DNA of 64,000 bases, taken from contig CAWEJX010000015.1 in NCBI GenBank assembly GCA_963809485.1, positions 1 to 64,000 on the forward strand. The letters run 5' to 3'. Origin of the DNA: an uncultured Acidobacteriota bacterium (lineage in GTDB: Bacteria; Acidobacteriota; UBA6911). Positions 10,801 through 19,030 of this stretch are shown here, in pieces. Every line of letters starts with the position of its first letter. Within the stretch, counting starts at the first letter, position 1. A program made the translations under genes and the position numbers. The notes beneath the pieces are model-generated. The model saw nothing but the letters and a program-made list of their open reading frames with translations. It made no database searches and was not told where the DNA came from.

Positions 10801-13800
10801 CCGCCCCTGCTCAAATTCCTGCCGCGTGCTTTCCCAGGCGCTGCGCTCCGCATTCAACGCCTCTGTGAGCTGCGCAATCCGGGACTCCGCTTCCTGCATC
10901 GCGGCGTTGCGCTGCCCTTCCGCTTCCCTTTGTTTGCGCTCGAAATCGGCCCGCAGAGCCTCCAGTTCCGCGCGTTGCGCTCCATGCTCGTCCGAGATCT
11001 GTGAAATACGGGCTTCGGCTTCCTGCAAGGCATTCTGCAAAGATGCCCGTTGCTCCTCCGCCGCACGGCGCCCCTCTTCAAGTTCCTGCCGGGTACTTTC
11101 CCATGCGCCGCGCTCCGCATTCAGCGCCTCCGTGAGTTGGGCGATCCGGGACTCCGCTTCCTGCATCGCGGCGTTGCGCTGCCCTTCCGCTTCCTTTTGT
11201 TTACGCTCAAACTCGGCCCGCAGAGCCTCCAGTTCCGCGCGCTGCGCTCCATGCTCGTCCGAGATCTGAGAAACGCGGGCTTCGGCTTCCTGCAAGGCAT
11301 TCCGCAAAGATGCCTGTTGCTCCTCCGCCGCACGGCGTCCCTCTTGAAGTTCCTGCCGGGTACTTTCCCATGCGCCGCGCTCCGCATTCAACGCCTCTGT
11401 GAGTTGCGCAATCCGGGACTCCGCTTCCTGCATCGCGGCGCTACGCTGCTCTTCCGCTTCCTTTTGTTTGCGCTCGAAATCGGCCCGCAGAGCCTCCAGT
11501 TCCGCGCGCTGCGCTCCATGCTCGTCCGAGATCTGAGAAACGCGGACTTCGGCTTCCTGCAAGGCATTCTGCAAAGATGCCCGCTGCTCTTCCGCCGCCT
11601 GCCGTCCCTGCTCAAATTCCTGCCGCGTGCTTTCCCAGGCGCCGCGCTCCGCATTCAGCGCCTCCGTGAGCTGCGCAATCCGGGACTCCGCTTCCTGCAT
11701 CGCGGCGTTGCGCTGCTCTTCCGCTTCCCTTTGTTTGCGCTCGAAATCGGCCCGCAGAGCCTCCAGTTCCGCGCGTTGCGCTCCATGCCCGTCCGAGATC
11801 TGAGAAATACGGGCTTCGGACTCCTGCAAGGCATTCTGCAAAGATGCCCGTTGCTCCTCCGCCGCACAGCGCCCCTCCTCAAGTTCCTGCCGGGTACTTT
11901 CCCAGGCGCCACGCTCCGCATTCAACGCCTCTGTGAGCTGCGCAATCCGGGACTCCGCTTCCTGCATCGCGGCGTTACGCTGTTCTTCCGCTTCCTTTTG
12001 TTTACGCTCAAACTCGGCCCGCAGAGCCTCCAGTTCCGCGCGTTGGGCTCCATGTTCGCCTGAGATCTGAGAAACGCGGGCTTCGGCTTCCTGCAAGGCA
12101 TTCTGCAAAGATGCCCGTTGCTCCTCCGCCGCACGGCGCCGCTCTTCAAGTTCCTGCCGGGTACTTTCCCAGGCGCCACGCTCCGCATTCAACGCCTCTG
12201 TGAGTTGGGCAATCCGGGACTCCGCTTCCTGCATCGCGGCGCTGCGCTGCTCTTCCGCTTCCTTTTGTTTGCGCTCGAAATCGGCCCGCAGAGCCTCAAG
12301 TTCCGCGCGCTGCGCTCCATGCTCGTCCGAGATCTGAGAAACGCGGACTTCGGCTTCCTGCAAGGCATTCTGCAAAGATGCCCGCTGCTCTTCCGCCGCC
12401 TGCCGTCCCTGCTCAAATTCCTGCCGCGTGCTTTCCCAGGCGCCGCGTTCTTCAGCAAGCTTCTGCTCAATCTGGGCAATCCGCGATTCAGCCTCTTTGA
12501 GGGCCGCGTGCAACCCTTCATTGCGGGATTCAGCCAGTTTCAGATCGGCTTCAAGTTTTCGCTGACGGAGATCCTGGTCGGACTCCTGGTTCAAGTATTG
12601 AGACTCGGCATCCAGCAGGGCCTTGACCACTCCCTTGTTTTTGCGGGAATCCGCTTCCTCTGCGGCTTCGCTGCTCTCGCGGGCCGGGGCATGCTGGATA
12701 ACGGTCAGCGCGGCTGTCGTTCCATTGGAATCCCTCCGAATGGAGACTCCGCGGAGTTCTATCCCTGGGACCGATCCATCGAGTCCCTTCCAGCCAAAAC
12801 GAAGGGAACCAGTCGCGCCCCCACAGATGGTTTTGAGAAAATCAAGGATGCGTTTCCCCTCTTCCCTGGGCGCTAGGTCAATGAGGCTTTTTCCAACAAC
12901 CTGTTCCAGATGTGCGCCGCCCATCAGCTTCAGCCCGGCGAGGTTCACGGCCAGAAAGGTTCCTTCGGCATTGATCACCGCTATGCCCACCGGCATGGTG
13001 TCCACTATCTGCCGGAGCCGGTCTTCGCGGGATTTCAGGAGGCTTCTCTCGCGGGCCAATTCCAGGCGTTTCAATTCCCTTTCGATCGCGGGCACCAGTC
13101 TACTGAAGTAGTTTCCCGTCTTGGCGATGCAGTCGGTCGCGCCCAGCTTCATCGCATTGACCGGAGTGACTTCATCTCCCGGATTTGTGAGGAGTATGAT
13201 CGGAATCTCCGGCCTGCGATTATTGATCTCCTTGATGGCATTCAATGTCTGGATGCCGGACAGCGCCAGATCGATGATGATGACATCGGGCATCGGGGCG
13301 CCGCTATCCGGAAGCTTTAAGGATCCTTGGTCCGAAATAACCGCGGGCTCCAGCTTCCATCTGGGCATGCCGCTCAACCGGCGCTGCATCTGTTCGAAAT
13401 CGCCGGCGAAGAGAAGCTGAATGGGTTTGGCCTGGGGAATGGAGTTTTTCTGATGCCGTTCCCTGGCGCTCTTTAACGCCTCTGCCAGTGAAGGGATAAA
13501 ATCGGCTTTCTTGTGAACGAAACCGTCAATCCCCGCGCCGGACAGCTCTGCCGAGGGTGCGTTTTCCGATGCACCCAACAAAACCACCAGACCTGCAGGC
13601 AGCTTTTCGTTCCGGACAGCCGTGGCCAGACCGACGGCGTCCGCGCTCGAGACCGAAGTGCCCAGCAAAATCACATCGTAGCGTCCCGGAGCAGCCATGC
13701 GGAGAAGCGCGTCCCGCGCAGTGGCTGTGACATCCATGCGAATTGAAGGGTCCGATCTGGTCAATTCACCGCTGAAAAAATCCGCTTCTCGAAGATCGTC

Positions 13801-13821
13801 GCTGACAAAGAGTATTTTCAT
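7840..13821 (-). CDS. Giant REC-REC-PAS-coiled-coil-PAS-degenerate histidine kinase protein (1993 aa)
   Basis: Two receiver-like domains, a PAS (IVDTMPVGIAVINAEG), ~1250 aa of E/A/R/Q/L-rich heptads, a second PAS, and a HisKA/HATPase-like C-terminus lacking H-box and G2 motifs. Confidence 0.8.
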   Translation of the reverse strand: MKILFVSDDLREADFFSGELTRSDPSIRMDVTATARDALLRMAAPGRYDVILLGTSVSSADAVGLATAVRNEKLPAGLVVLLGASENAPSAELSGAGIDGFVHKKADFIPSLAEALKSARERHQKNSIPQAKPIQLLFAGDFEQMQRRLSGMPRWKLEPAVISDQGSLKLPDSGAPMPDVIIIDLALSGIQTLNAIKEINNRRPEIPIILLTNPGDEVTPVNAMKLGATDCIAKTGNYFSRLVPAIERELKRLELARERSLLKSREDRLRQIVDTMPVGIAVINAEGTFLAVNLAGLKLMGGAHLEQVVGKSLIDLAPREEGKRILDFLKTICGGATGSLRFGWKGLDGSVPGIELRGVSIRRDSNGTTAALTVIQHAPARESSEAAEEADSRKNKGVVKALLDAESQYLNQESDQDLRQRKLEADLKLAESRNEGLHAALKEAESRIAQIEQKLAEERGAWESTRQEFEQGRQAAEEQRASLQNALQEAEVRVSQISDEHGAQRAELEALRADFERKQKEAEEQRSAAMQEAESRIAQLTEALNAERGAWESTRQELEERRRAAEEQRASLQNALQEAEARVSQISGEHGAQRAELEALRAEFERKQKEAEEQRNAAMQEAESRIAQLTEALNAERGAWESTRQELEEGRCAAEEQRASLQNALQESEARISQISDGHGAQRAELEALRADFERKQREAEEQRNAAMQEAESRIAQLTEALNAERGAWESTRQEFEQGRQAAEEQRASLQNALQEAEVRVSQISDEHGAQRAELEALRADFERKQKEAEEQRSAAMQEAESRIAQLTEALNAERGAWESTRQELQEGRRAAEEQQASLRNALQEAEARVSQISDEHGAQRAELEALRAEFERKQKEAEGQRNAAMQEAESRIAQLTEALNAERGAWESTRQELEEGRRAAEEQRASLQNALQEAEARISQISDEHGAQRAELEALRADFERKQREAEGQRNAAMQEAESRIAQLTEALNAERSAWESTRQEFEQGRQAAEEQRASLQNALQESEARIARLTEEQLTERSNWDRARLHLEQRQRTAEEQLQSALRDEAMRIAQLNEELASARQNWDDVRLALEQKFKSTEAERVSLRAALQEMESRFTQLSGKYGEESSAWEAARLELERKHQGAEEQRLAALREAESKIVRLTESYSAELAGWEASRLDLMQRQKSSEDRNSVLQTALHETEARLAKLAEEAAAERTVWESARSEWGQMSRAAEEQRASLQQALEESEGRMAWLTEEQAARVAELEALRAEFDRTLKEAGEQRDAALREAEARIVQFTETQTAERSHWENTRLELEQKHRAAEEKLAALLSAAESRIESLNHERTAERLEWDRDRLELARECQSVQDQRNALQSALQEVEARVAQLTEDYEAERSAFERSRSELENKHRAAEERKAILQSGLQEAESRLAALARKQAAERTVLEQARQELERDLRAGEEQRRILSNALQEAESRLAKLTEEHNAERTGWDEARAELERERYALEEQRSGLHSALRDAEIRMAQLGEEQGVERSSWDRIRQDLEQKETAAGEQRIAMQNALQEVEIRLARLAEEYNAERAGWDAARMDLEQKLKAVEDHGTTLQAALEESEDGVARLSEENRTGEARLESIQKQLERLKSEYERLKSESADLNARYQRICQITSMGIVSAAPDGRVLDCNDAAARIFGFSGAAEALAPGSEHPFKIFAFEGALNERLHKEGRLEKIEWSALRKDGRMVRIEESAVLLQSPTGGDPAVERVFADISRIHHRSEQVRRAHRMESARDLAIETVKSLKDLCASLAHCVELIKQTPEDSPSVQRIAEMMGSDASRGIKHAHQFLSFAGKADREPELLNVNETLTGNETLLRSLAGADIDFQIVLSTRPALVLADRQEIIQLLCSLVANSREILPLSGTVTVETSNTELPSETPSGMQPGAYMQIVVSADGCNVQPERRIASIKEMIDRIGGWLEMETDPQKGNVFRICLERVEPLSY
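10740..12450. repeat. Intragenic tandem repeat, 267-bp (89-aa) unit, about 6.4 copies, with an 801-bp higher-order period
   Basis: Near-identical units recur every 267 bp (10854, 11121, 11388, 11655, 11922, 12189); the variant GCCGCGTGCTTTCCCAGGCG recurs at 10821, 11622 and 12423. Confidence 0.95.
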
Positions 13822-13963
13822 GCTGGCCGGCCGGATTTGGAAATTATTGACAAACTTTTCACCTGTGCTTCCGTTTTAGAACATTACTGATAGTGTTCTG
13901 TTTTGTCCAGCAATGTATCCTGTCCGCATTTTCAGGAGGGAGCAACCGGCAATCCGGACTTGC

Positions 13964-14509
13964 CTACCAATCATTTAATTTAAGCATTTCCACCAATACC
14001 GCATCCTGAGCCTCGCAAGCGGTAACCTCGAGAATGCCCCCAATGCGGTCAAAATCCTGCATGGATGGTTCGTATGCACTACCGGCGCCAGGTTCGCCGG
14101 ATGAAGCGGATTGTCTTTTGAAAGGCTGCGAATTGTCATCCTTGGAATCAGACAGGTCGTCCAGAATGTGCAGGGGATTCTCAAATTCCACTGCGGACTG
14201 GTATCGCGGAATCCCTTTCAAAGAAGCGATGGATGAGCGAAGAACATGACCGGCGATCTGTATAACCCCTTCAATGGTAACGACTCTTAGGAGAATCTTG
14301 GTGCCCGGCCGCATGCGCATATCCGATTCCAGGAGTGCGCCGCCCCGCGAAATATTGACTACCTCAAGCTCAGATCCTCCGTTTGATGTGACGCCTTTCA
14401 GCGAAGGGACTTCCGAGATTTTATGGCGAGGCCATTGCCTCGTGCTCGGGCCCGAATATTGCTTGGGTTTCTTTTTAAGGCCGCCTTTCGGACTGAACGG
14501 ATTCTCCAT
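13964..14509 (-). CDS. PilZ domain protein (c-di-GMP receptor candidate)
   Basis: RQWPR (RxxxR) and VNISRGG (D/NxSxxG) motifs; start placed at ATG 14509, uncertain. Confidence 0.75.
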   Translation of the reverse strand: MENPFSPKGGLKKKPKQYSGPSTRQWPRHKISEVPSLKGVTSNGGSELEVVNISRGGALLESDMRMRPGTKILLRVVTIEGVIQIAGHVLRSSIASLKGIPRYQSAVEFENPLHILDDLSDSKDDNSQPFKRQSASSGEPGAGSAYEPSMQDFDRIGGILEVTACEAQDAVLVEMLKLNDW

Positions 14510-15053
14510 TTGACCAGTTGTTCCACCTCGCTCGGATGGAAGTGGAATCCCAACCTCCTCACAAGTAAAATCGGCCGAATGCGCCAAAAGTTTAGATTGC
14601 AGATCCTTCCAAAATCGGACCTTAGAGCAAGCAACCTCCCTCAGAGTCGGAGGATTTACGGGTGCCGGCACCTCAAGGCAACCGGAACGCGACCGACAAA
14701 AGGTTAAACCGGTTTAATGCGCAATAAACATCTTTTGTCGAATAGCGAATAACGAATTTCGAGGTTCTGTTCTTTTGACATTCCACATTGAATATTTTGC
14801 GGTGCTTATCCTCTTCGTTGCCGCAAGAACACCAGGGGAAACGCATGCTCAAGTATTTGTCAAACGGATGCGGCCTCACCGTCATGGCCATTGGATCATG
14901 CAGATCTCCGAAAACCGCCGATCCCGGGGAAGGATTTTGTCGCAGATCCGGTTTTTGTGCAAATGCTGCCCGATGAAACGCCAATGAAAAAATGCAATAT
15001 TTCCGCGTGCTCCCGATTTCTGATATATTGCCCTTTTAAAGGGGAGCTATCCG

Positions 15054-16466
15054 ATGGCTGGAATTTTCGGCGCCGCGTCTAAAACGGGAAACTGTTCGCA
15101 ATCTCTTTATTACGGAATCGATTACCACTCACACCTGGGCACGGATTACGCGGGGATGGCCATTTATGGCGACAAGGGCATAGAGCGTAAAATTCATGAT
15201 ATACGCGGTGAAAATTTCCGGCCCAAATTCCAGCAGGATTACGCCAGAATGAAAGGCAAATACGGAATCGGCGTGATCGGCTACGATATTCAGCCGGTCC
15301 TGCTCTCCTCGCGCCACGGCGTGTTTTCCATCGTCATGAACGGTAATGTCGCCAACCTGGATCAGATCGTCACGGAATTGCAGAACCAGGGATCGAGTTT
15401 TGCGGAGATTCAGCCCGACTCAAGTATCAGTCCCGCGGAGGTTCTGGCGGAAATTATCAGCAAGGCCGAAAGCCTGGAGGCAGGCGTTAAATCTGTTTTC
15501 GACCGCGTGCGTGGCTCGGTTTCCCTGCTGATCCTCACCCGGGACGGCATTTACGCAGTCCGGGACCATCATGGCCATTCTGCCCTGGTGATCGGAGAAA
15601 GCGAAAGCGGATATGCCGCCACGACGGAAACCACGGCATTCCCCAACCTGGGATTTTCCATAGTTGCCGAACTCAATCCGGGTGAGATTGTAAAACTGAC
15701 GGAAAAGGGCATCGAGAAAACGATGGAGGGCAACCGCGATTTAAGCCACCCCTGTGCTTTCCTCTGGATCTATACAAGCTTCCCGTCGACTTCCATCGAG
15801 GGAATCAACGTCGAAAGAGCCCGCTACCGCAGCGGAACGCTCCTGGCCAGACGCGACAAGGCGACGGGATTCACCGCCGATATCGTTGCCGGAGTGCCCG
15901 ACAGCGGCGTGGGGCATGCGATCGGGTATGCCAACGAATCAGGGATTCCGTACGCCCGGCCTATCGTCAAATACACCCCCTCGTGGCCGAGAAGCTATAT
16001 GCCTACGGAACAGGCAACGCGAGACCTAATCGCAAACATGAAATTGATCGCGATTCCGGAACTCATTCGCGGACAGCGGATCGTGATCTGCGACGATTCC
16101 ATCGTGCGCGGCACCCAACTCAGGAAAATGATCACGGAAAAACTTCTGGCGCATGGCGCCCGCGAGGTTCACATCCGTATCGCCTGCCCGCCGCTCATGT
16201 TCCCGTGCCTGTATAATCAATCGACCCGGACCACCAAAGAACTTGCCGCACGCAGGGCCATCCGACTGCTTGAAGGAGAAGAGATACAGGATGTTGCGCC
16301 CTATCTGGATCCGGGATCCGCAAAATACGCAAGCATGGTCGAAGCCACAACCAGGGAATTGGGCGCGAATTCACTGGTCTATCAACGATTGGAGGACATG
16401 GCGTCCGCTATCGGCCTCCCGGTCGACAAGATATGCACGTACTGCTGGACCGGCCGCACATCCTGA
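15054..16466 (+). CDS. purF: Amidophosphoribosyltransferase, variant lacking the N-terminal catalytic Cys
   Basis: GVPDSG, VICDDSIVRGT PRPP loop, RIACPP, C-terminal CTYCWTG; begins MAGIFG instead of MCGIFG; GGGGAG RBS. Confidence 0.9.
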   Translation: MAGIFGAASKTGNCSQSLYYGIDYHSHLGTDYAGMAIYGDKGIERKIHDIRGENFRPKFQQDYARMKGKYGIGVIGYDIQPVLLSSRHGVFSIVMNGNVANLDQIVTELQNQGSSFAEIQPDSSISPAEVLAEIISKAESLEAGVKSVFDRVRGSVSLLILTRDGIYAVRDHHGHSALVIGESESGYAATTETTAFPNLGFSIVAELNPGEIVKLTEKGIEKTMEGNRDLSHPCAFLWIYTSFPSTSIEGINVERARYRSGTLLARRDKATGFTADIVAGVPDSGVGHAIGYANESGIPYARPIVKYTPSWPRSYMPTEQATRDLIANMKLIAIPELIRGQRIVICDDSIVRGTQLRKMITEKLLAHGAREVHIRIACPPLMFPCLYNQSTRTTKELAARRAIRLLEGEEIQDVAPYLDPGSAKYASMVEATTRELGANSLVYQRLEDMASAIGLPVDKICTYCWTGRTS

Positions 16467-16529
16467 AGTGTGGAACGTGAAACTTTAAGGATTGCGAGTT
16501 GGCACTCTGCACTTCTAATGGGCTGCTAT

Positions 16530-16930
16530 GTCAGGTACCTCCGGCAAAGCCGGAGGCTTGAAAGATTTGAACCGCTCAAAGCGGTTGGAGGAGTTACGCC
16601 GGTCTTGAACGCTGACTTACGCGGGCAAAAGCCGATGAGGCGCTTCCGATCCCCGCAGGGGCCAGCGCTCTGCGCTGGACAGTTTTCTGCGGCGGCACTG
16701 TGGCAAGCGCCGTGCGGCAAGGAGATGAAGGGTATGAGAAACCGGGCGTTTGCCACAGTGCCGCCGCAGAAAACTCCATCGGAAGCGCCTCATCGGCTTT
16801 TGCTCGCCGACCCTCGCCGAACAAATCGGCGTTTGTCAGCGCTTTTATCAGCGTTTCTCAGCGCTTCAAAATACGGAGCTGTCAAACTCTTTGAGTCCCC
16901 CGGCAGAGCCGGGGTTTACCAATGTAATTA
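16530..16930 (+). mobile_element. Non-autonomous IS200/IS605-like palindromic element (MITE/PATE), longest copy, with nested inverted repeats
   Basis: Begins GTCAGGTACCTCCGGC-AAA-GCCGGAGG...AACCGCTCAAAGCGGTT; ends GAGTCCCCCGGC-AGA-GCCGGGGTTTACCAATGTAATTA; the same ends recur across the window. Confidence 0.75.
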
Positions 16931-17005
16931 ATGCTCATGGTGGTTCCAGGTTCCACGTTTCACCTTCCACGTTCCATCGTTCACCGAAGGTGAAGAAAGG
17001 TCACC

Positions 17006-17401
17006 GTGACTACAGAAGAGCCGAAGGACAAAAAGAAGTTCCCGCTCATCTCCCGCAGGGAGTTTGCCATCGGATCCATGGGGATCCTCGGCGGCTATGC
17101 ACTGGCGGACGAACCCCTTCTTCCTCCCCTATCCGCCGAAGCCCAGGCCTTGAAACTGGAAAAAGACGGAATGGTTGAGGATCTCCTGGTTGCGCGGCAC
17201 ATCATCGACGACGACCTGAAGCGCGTCATCGATCATGCCGAACGCACGGGGGACAAGCTGTATCAGCCGGGTACCAGCCGCTTCCTCTCGAAGCTTCGTG
17301 TCAAAGAAGCTTACTTCTATGTCGAGTATGAACCGGTCGGGGACCGCTATCGCATCCATGCCGCTTACACGCACCGCTTTTTGCTGGGAGTGGAGAAATA
17401 A
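17006..17401 (+). CDS. Small protein with twin-arginine-like signal, resembling the C-terminal domain of Trs-cluster FAD/dicluster oxidoreductases
   Basis: SRREF + hydrophobic stretch + ALA; then RHIIDDDLKRVIDHAERTG...YVEY...IHAAYTHRF. Confidence 0.55.
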   Translation: MTTEEPKDKKKFPLISRREFAIGSMGILGGYALADEPLLPPLSAEAQALKLEKDGMVEDLLVARHIIDDDLKRVIDHAERTGDKLYQPGTSRFLSKLRVKEAYFYVEYEPVGDRYRIHAAYTHRFLLGVEK

Positions 17402-17586
17402 TGGACGAATGGTACTGTTTCAAAGACAAAGTGAAATTGCAGGACGCGGAACTGGTCCTGAGCTACATGAAGCTGACCCAGCATGTCCCCGGATTGAAGT
17501 GCCCCAAATGCGGAGTCGAATATCTGACCGAAAGGGTGGTCATGACGATCGTGGCGGCCGCGGAAGACGCCTTGGAGCAGAAGTGA
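17401..17586 (+). CDS. DVU_1557-like small redox/zinc-ribbon protein
   Basis: 61 aa: WYCFKD...L.Y...KCPKCGVEYLTE...AEDALEQK; GGAG RBS; start overlaps the previous stop. Confidence 0.7.
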   Translation: MDEWYCFKDKVKLQDAELVLSYMKLTQHVPGLKCPKCGVEYLTERVVMTIVAAAEDALEQK

Positions 17587-17595
17587 CATAATCCG

Positions 17596-18987
17596 ATGAC
17601 GGAATTTCAGGACCGGACGGAAAGCCTTTGCCCTCACTGCCTGCGCCGCATCCCTGCCCGCAGAATTACGGAAAACGAATCCGTGTACCTGGAAAAAAGC
17701 TGTCCCGAGCACGGCGACCTGGGGAGGACTCTGCTCTGGAAAAACAATCCTATAGCCTACCGCGAGTGGAACAGGCCGGGAGGAACTGCCGTCGAGCCAA
17801 AATCCGCGGCAGAAGCGCTTGACGGATGCCCGTACGGCTGCGGCATCTGCGCCAACCACAGGCAGGAAACCTGCACCGCCATCCTCGAAGTCGCCCGCGA
17901 CTGCAACCTGAGCTGCCCGGTCTGCTTCGCCGGTTCGGCCAGCGCCACATCCCCCGATCCCGACCTGGACCGCATATCCCGGATGCTTCAGATGCTGCTG
18001 GAAAACGCCGGCCCCTGCCCGATCCAGTTGAGCGGGGGAGAGCCTACTCTAAGAGATGACCTGCCGCAGATTGTGGCGCTTGCCCGGAAAATGGGATTTG
18101 GCCACGTGCAGGTCAATACCAACGGCATCCGGCTGGGACAGGATCCGGATTACGCAAGCGCCTTGAAAGACGCCGGCGTTACCAATTTTTTCCTGCAGTT
18201 CGACGGGACCACGGACGAAATTCATCGCCGGATCCGAGGCGCGAACCTGATGGATCACAAAATCAGTGCGATCGCGCGCTGCGCCCAACTCAAAGTGGGC
18301 GTCGTACTCGTGCCCACGATTGTGAAAAATGTCAACGACCACCAGATCGGGGCCATTATCCAGTTTGCAAAAAAATGGATCCCGACCGTCAAAGCCGTGC
18401 ATTTTCAACCCATCACCTTCATGGGCCGGTATCCGGTTGAACCCTGCAACGACGACCGCGTCCTGATCCCCGATATCCTGTGCGCCATCGAGAGGCAGAC
18501 CGGCAGCGAACTGCGCGCAGAAAATCTGATACCATCCGGCTGAGAGTCTTCCCTCTGCTCCTTCTCGGGCCTCTCCGTGTTGAGAGAAGACGGCCGGCTG
18601 ATCGCAACTTCATATTTTGATGGGACAGATGATTCTGCCAAAACGCCTAAAACAGATGCCGCAGAGCATGCAAGGGAGTATGTGCGCCGGCACTGGAAAT
18701 ACTGCGAGTCCAGGCCCGGATTCGGCCCATCCACCGAACTGCTCGAGCGCGCCCAGAGTCATTTCCTGTGTGTTTCGGGAATGGCTTTTCAGGATGCATG
18801 GAACATCGACCTTGAGCGTCTGCAGCGATGCTGCGTCCATGTCCTCACCGCCGAAGGCGGGCTGATCCCGTTCTGCGCCTATTACCTGACCGGCAGTGAT
18901 GGACACAGGCTGACCCGAGGCAATCATCATGGCCGCAGTATGCCACGAGCAGCATTTGGTAACGCTGACGAATCCCGACTTCTATAA
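17596..18987 (+). CDS. trsS: Radical SAM (seleno)protein, TrsS/MJ0619(Tes)-like, TGA 18541-18543 probably read as selenocysteine (463 aa)
   Basis: TESLCPHC...KSCPEHG, CPYGCGICANH, CNLSCPVC, QLSGGEPT; the frame continues after TGA as ESSLCSFSG...FQDAWNIDLERLQRCCVH...LIPFCAY. Confidence 0.8.
18544..18591 (+). promoter_or_regulatory. Candidate bacterial SECIS hairpin
   Basis: GTCTTCCCTC (18546-18555) pairs with GAGAGAAGAC (18582-18591) with one mismatch; weak apical CGG/CCG stem whose loop starts with G 26 nt after the UGA; folded by eye. Confidence 0.45.
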
Positions 18988-19030
18988 TTAACTGGTTTCT
19001 GTTGTTAATACTTTAAGAAACATATGCTAA

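Noticed and set aside
10740-12450. Regular repeats as a CRISPR array
   Set aside because: Units are 267 bp, contiguous, in frame within a CDS, with no unique spacers and no cas genes
9049-12876. Long plus-strand ORFs (382, 337, 266 and 252 aa) and repeated 88-aa minus-strand ORFs
   Set aside because: Shadows of the repetitive coiled-coil gene in alternative frames
14760-15050. Purine, ZTP or PRPP riboswitch upstream of purF
   Set aside because: No conserved aptamer motif or terminator recognisable by eye; an Rfam/Infernal scan would settle it
16470-17178. ORFs containing LEPLKAVGG / SPTLAEQIGVCQRF (also near 20452, 33207 and 45302)
   Set aside because: Recurrent translations of the non-coding MITE, with frames not preserved between copies
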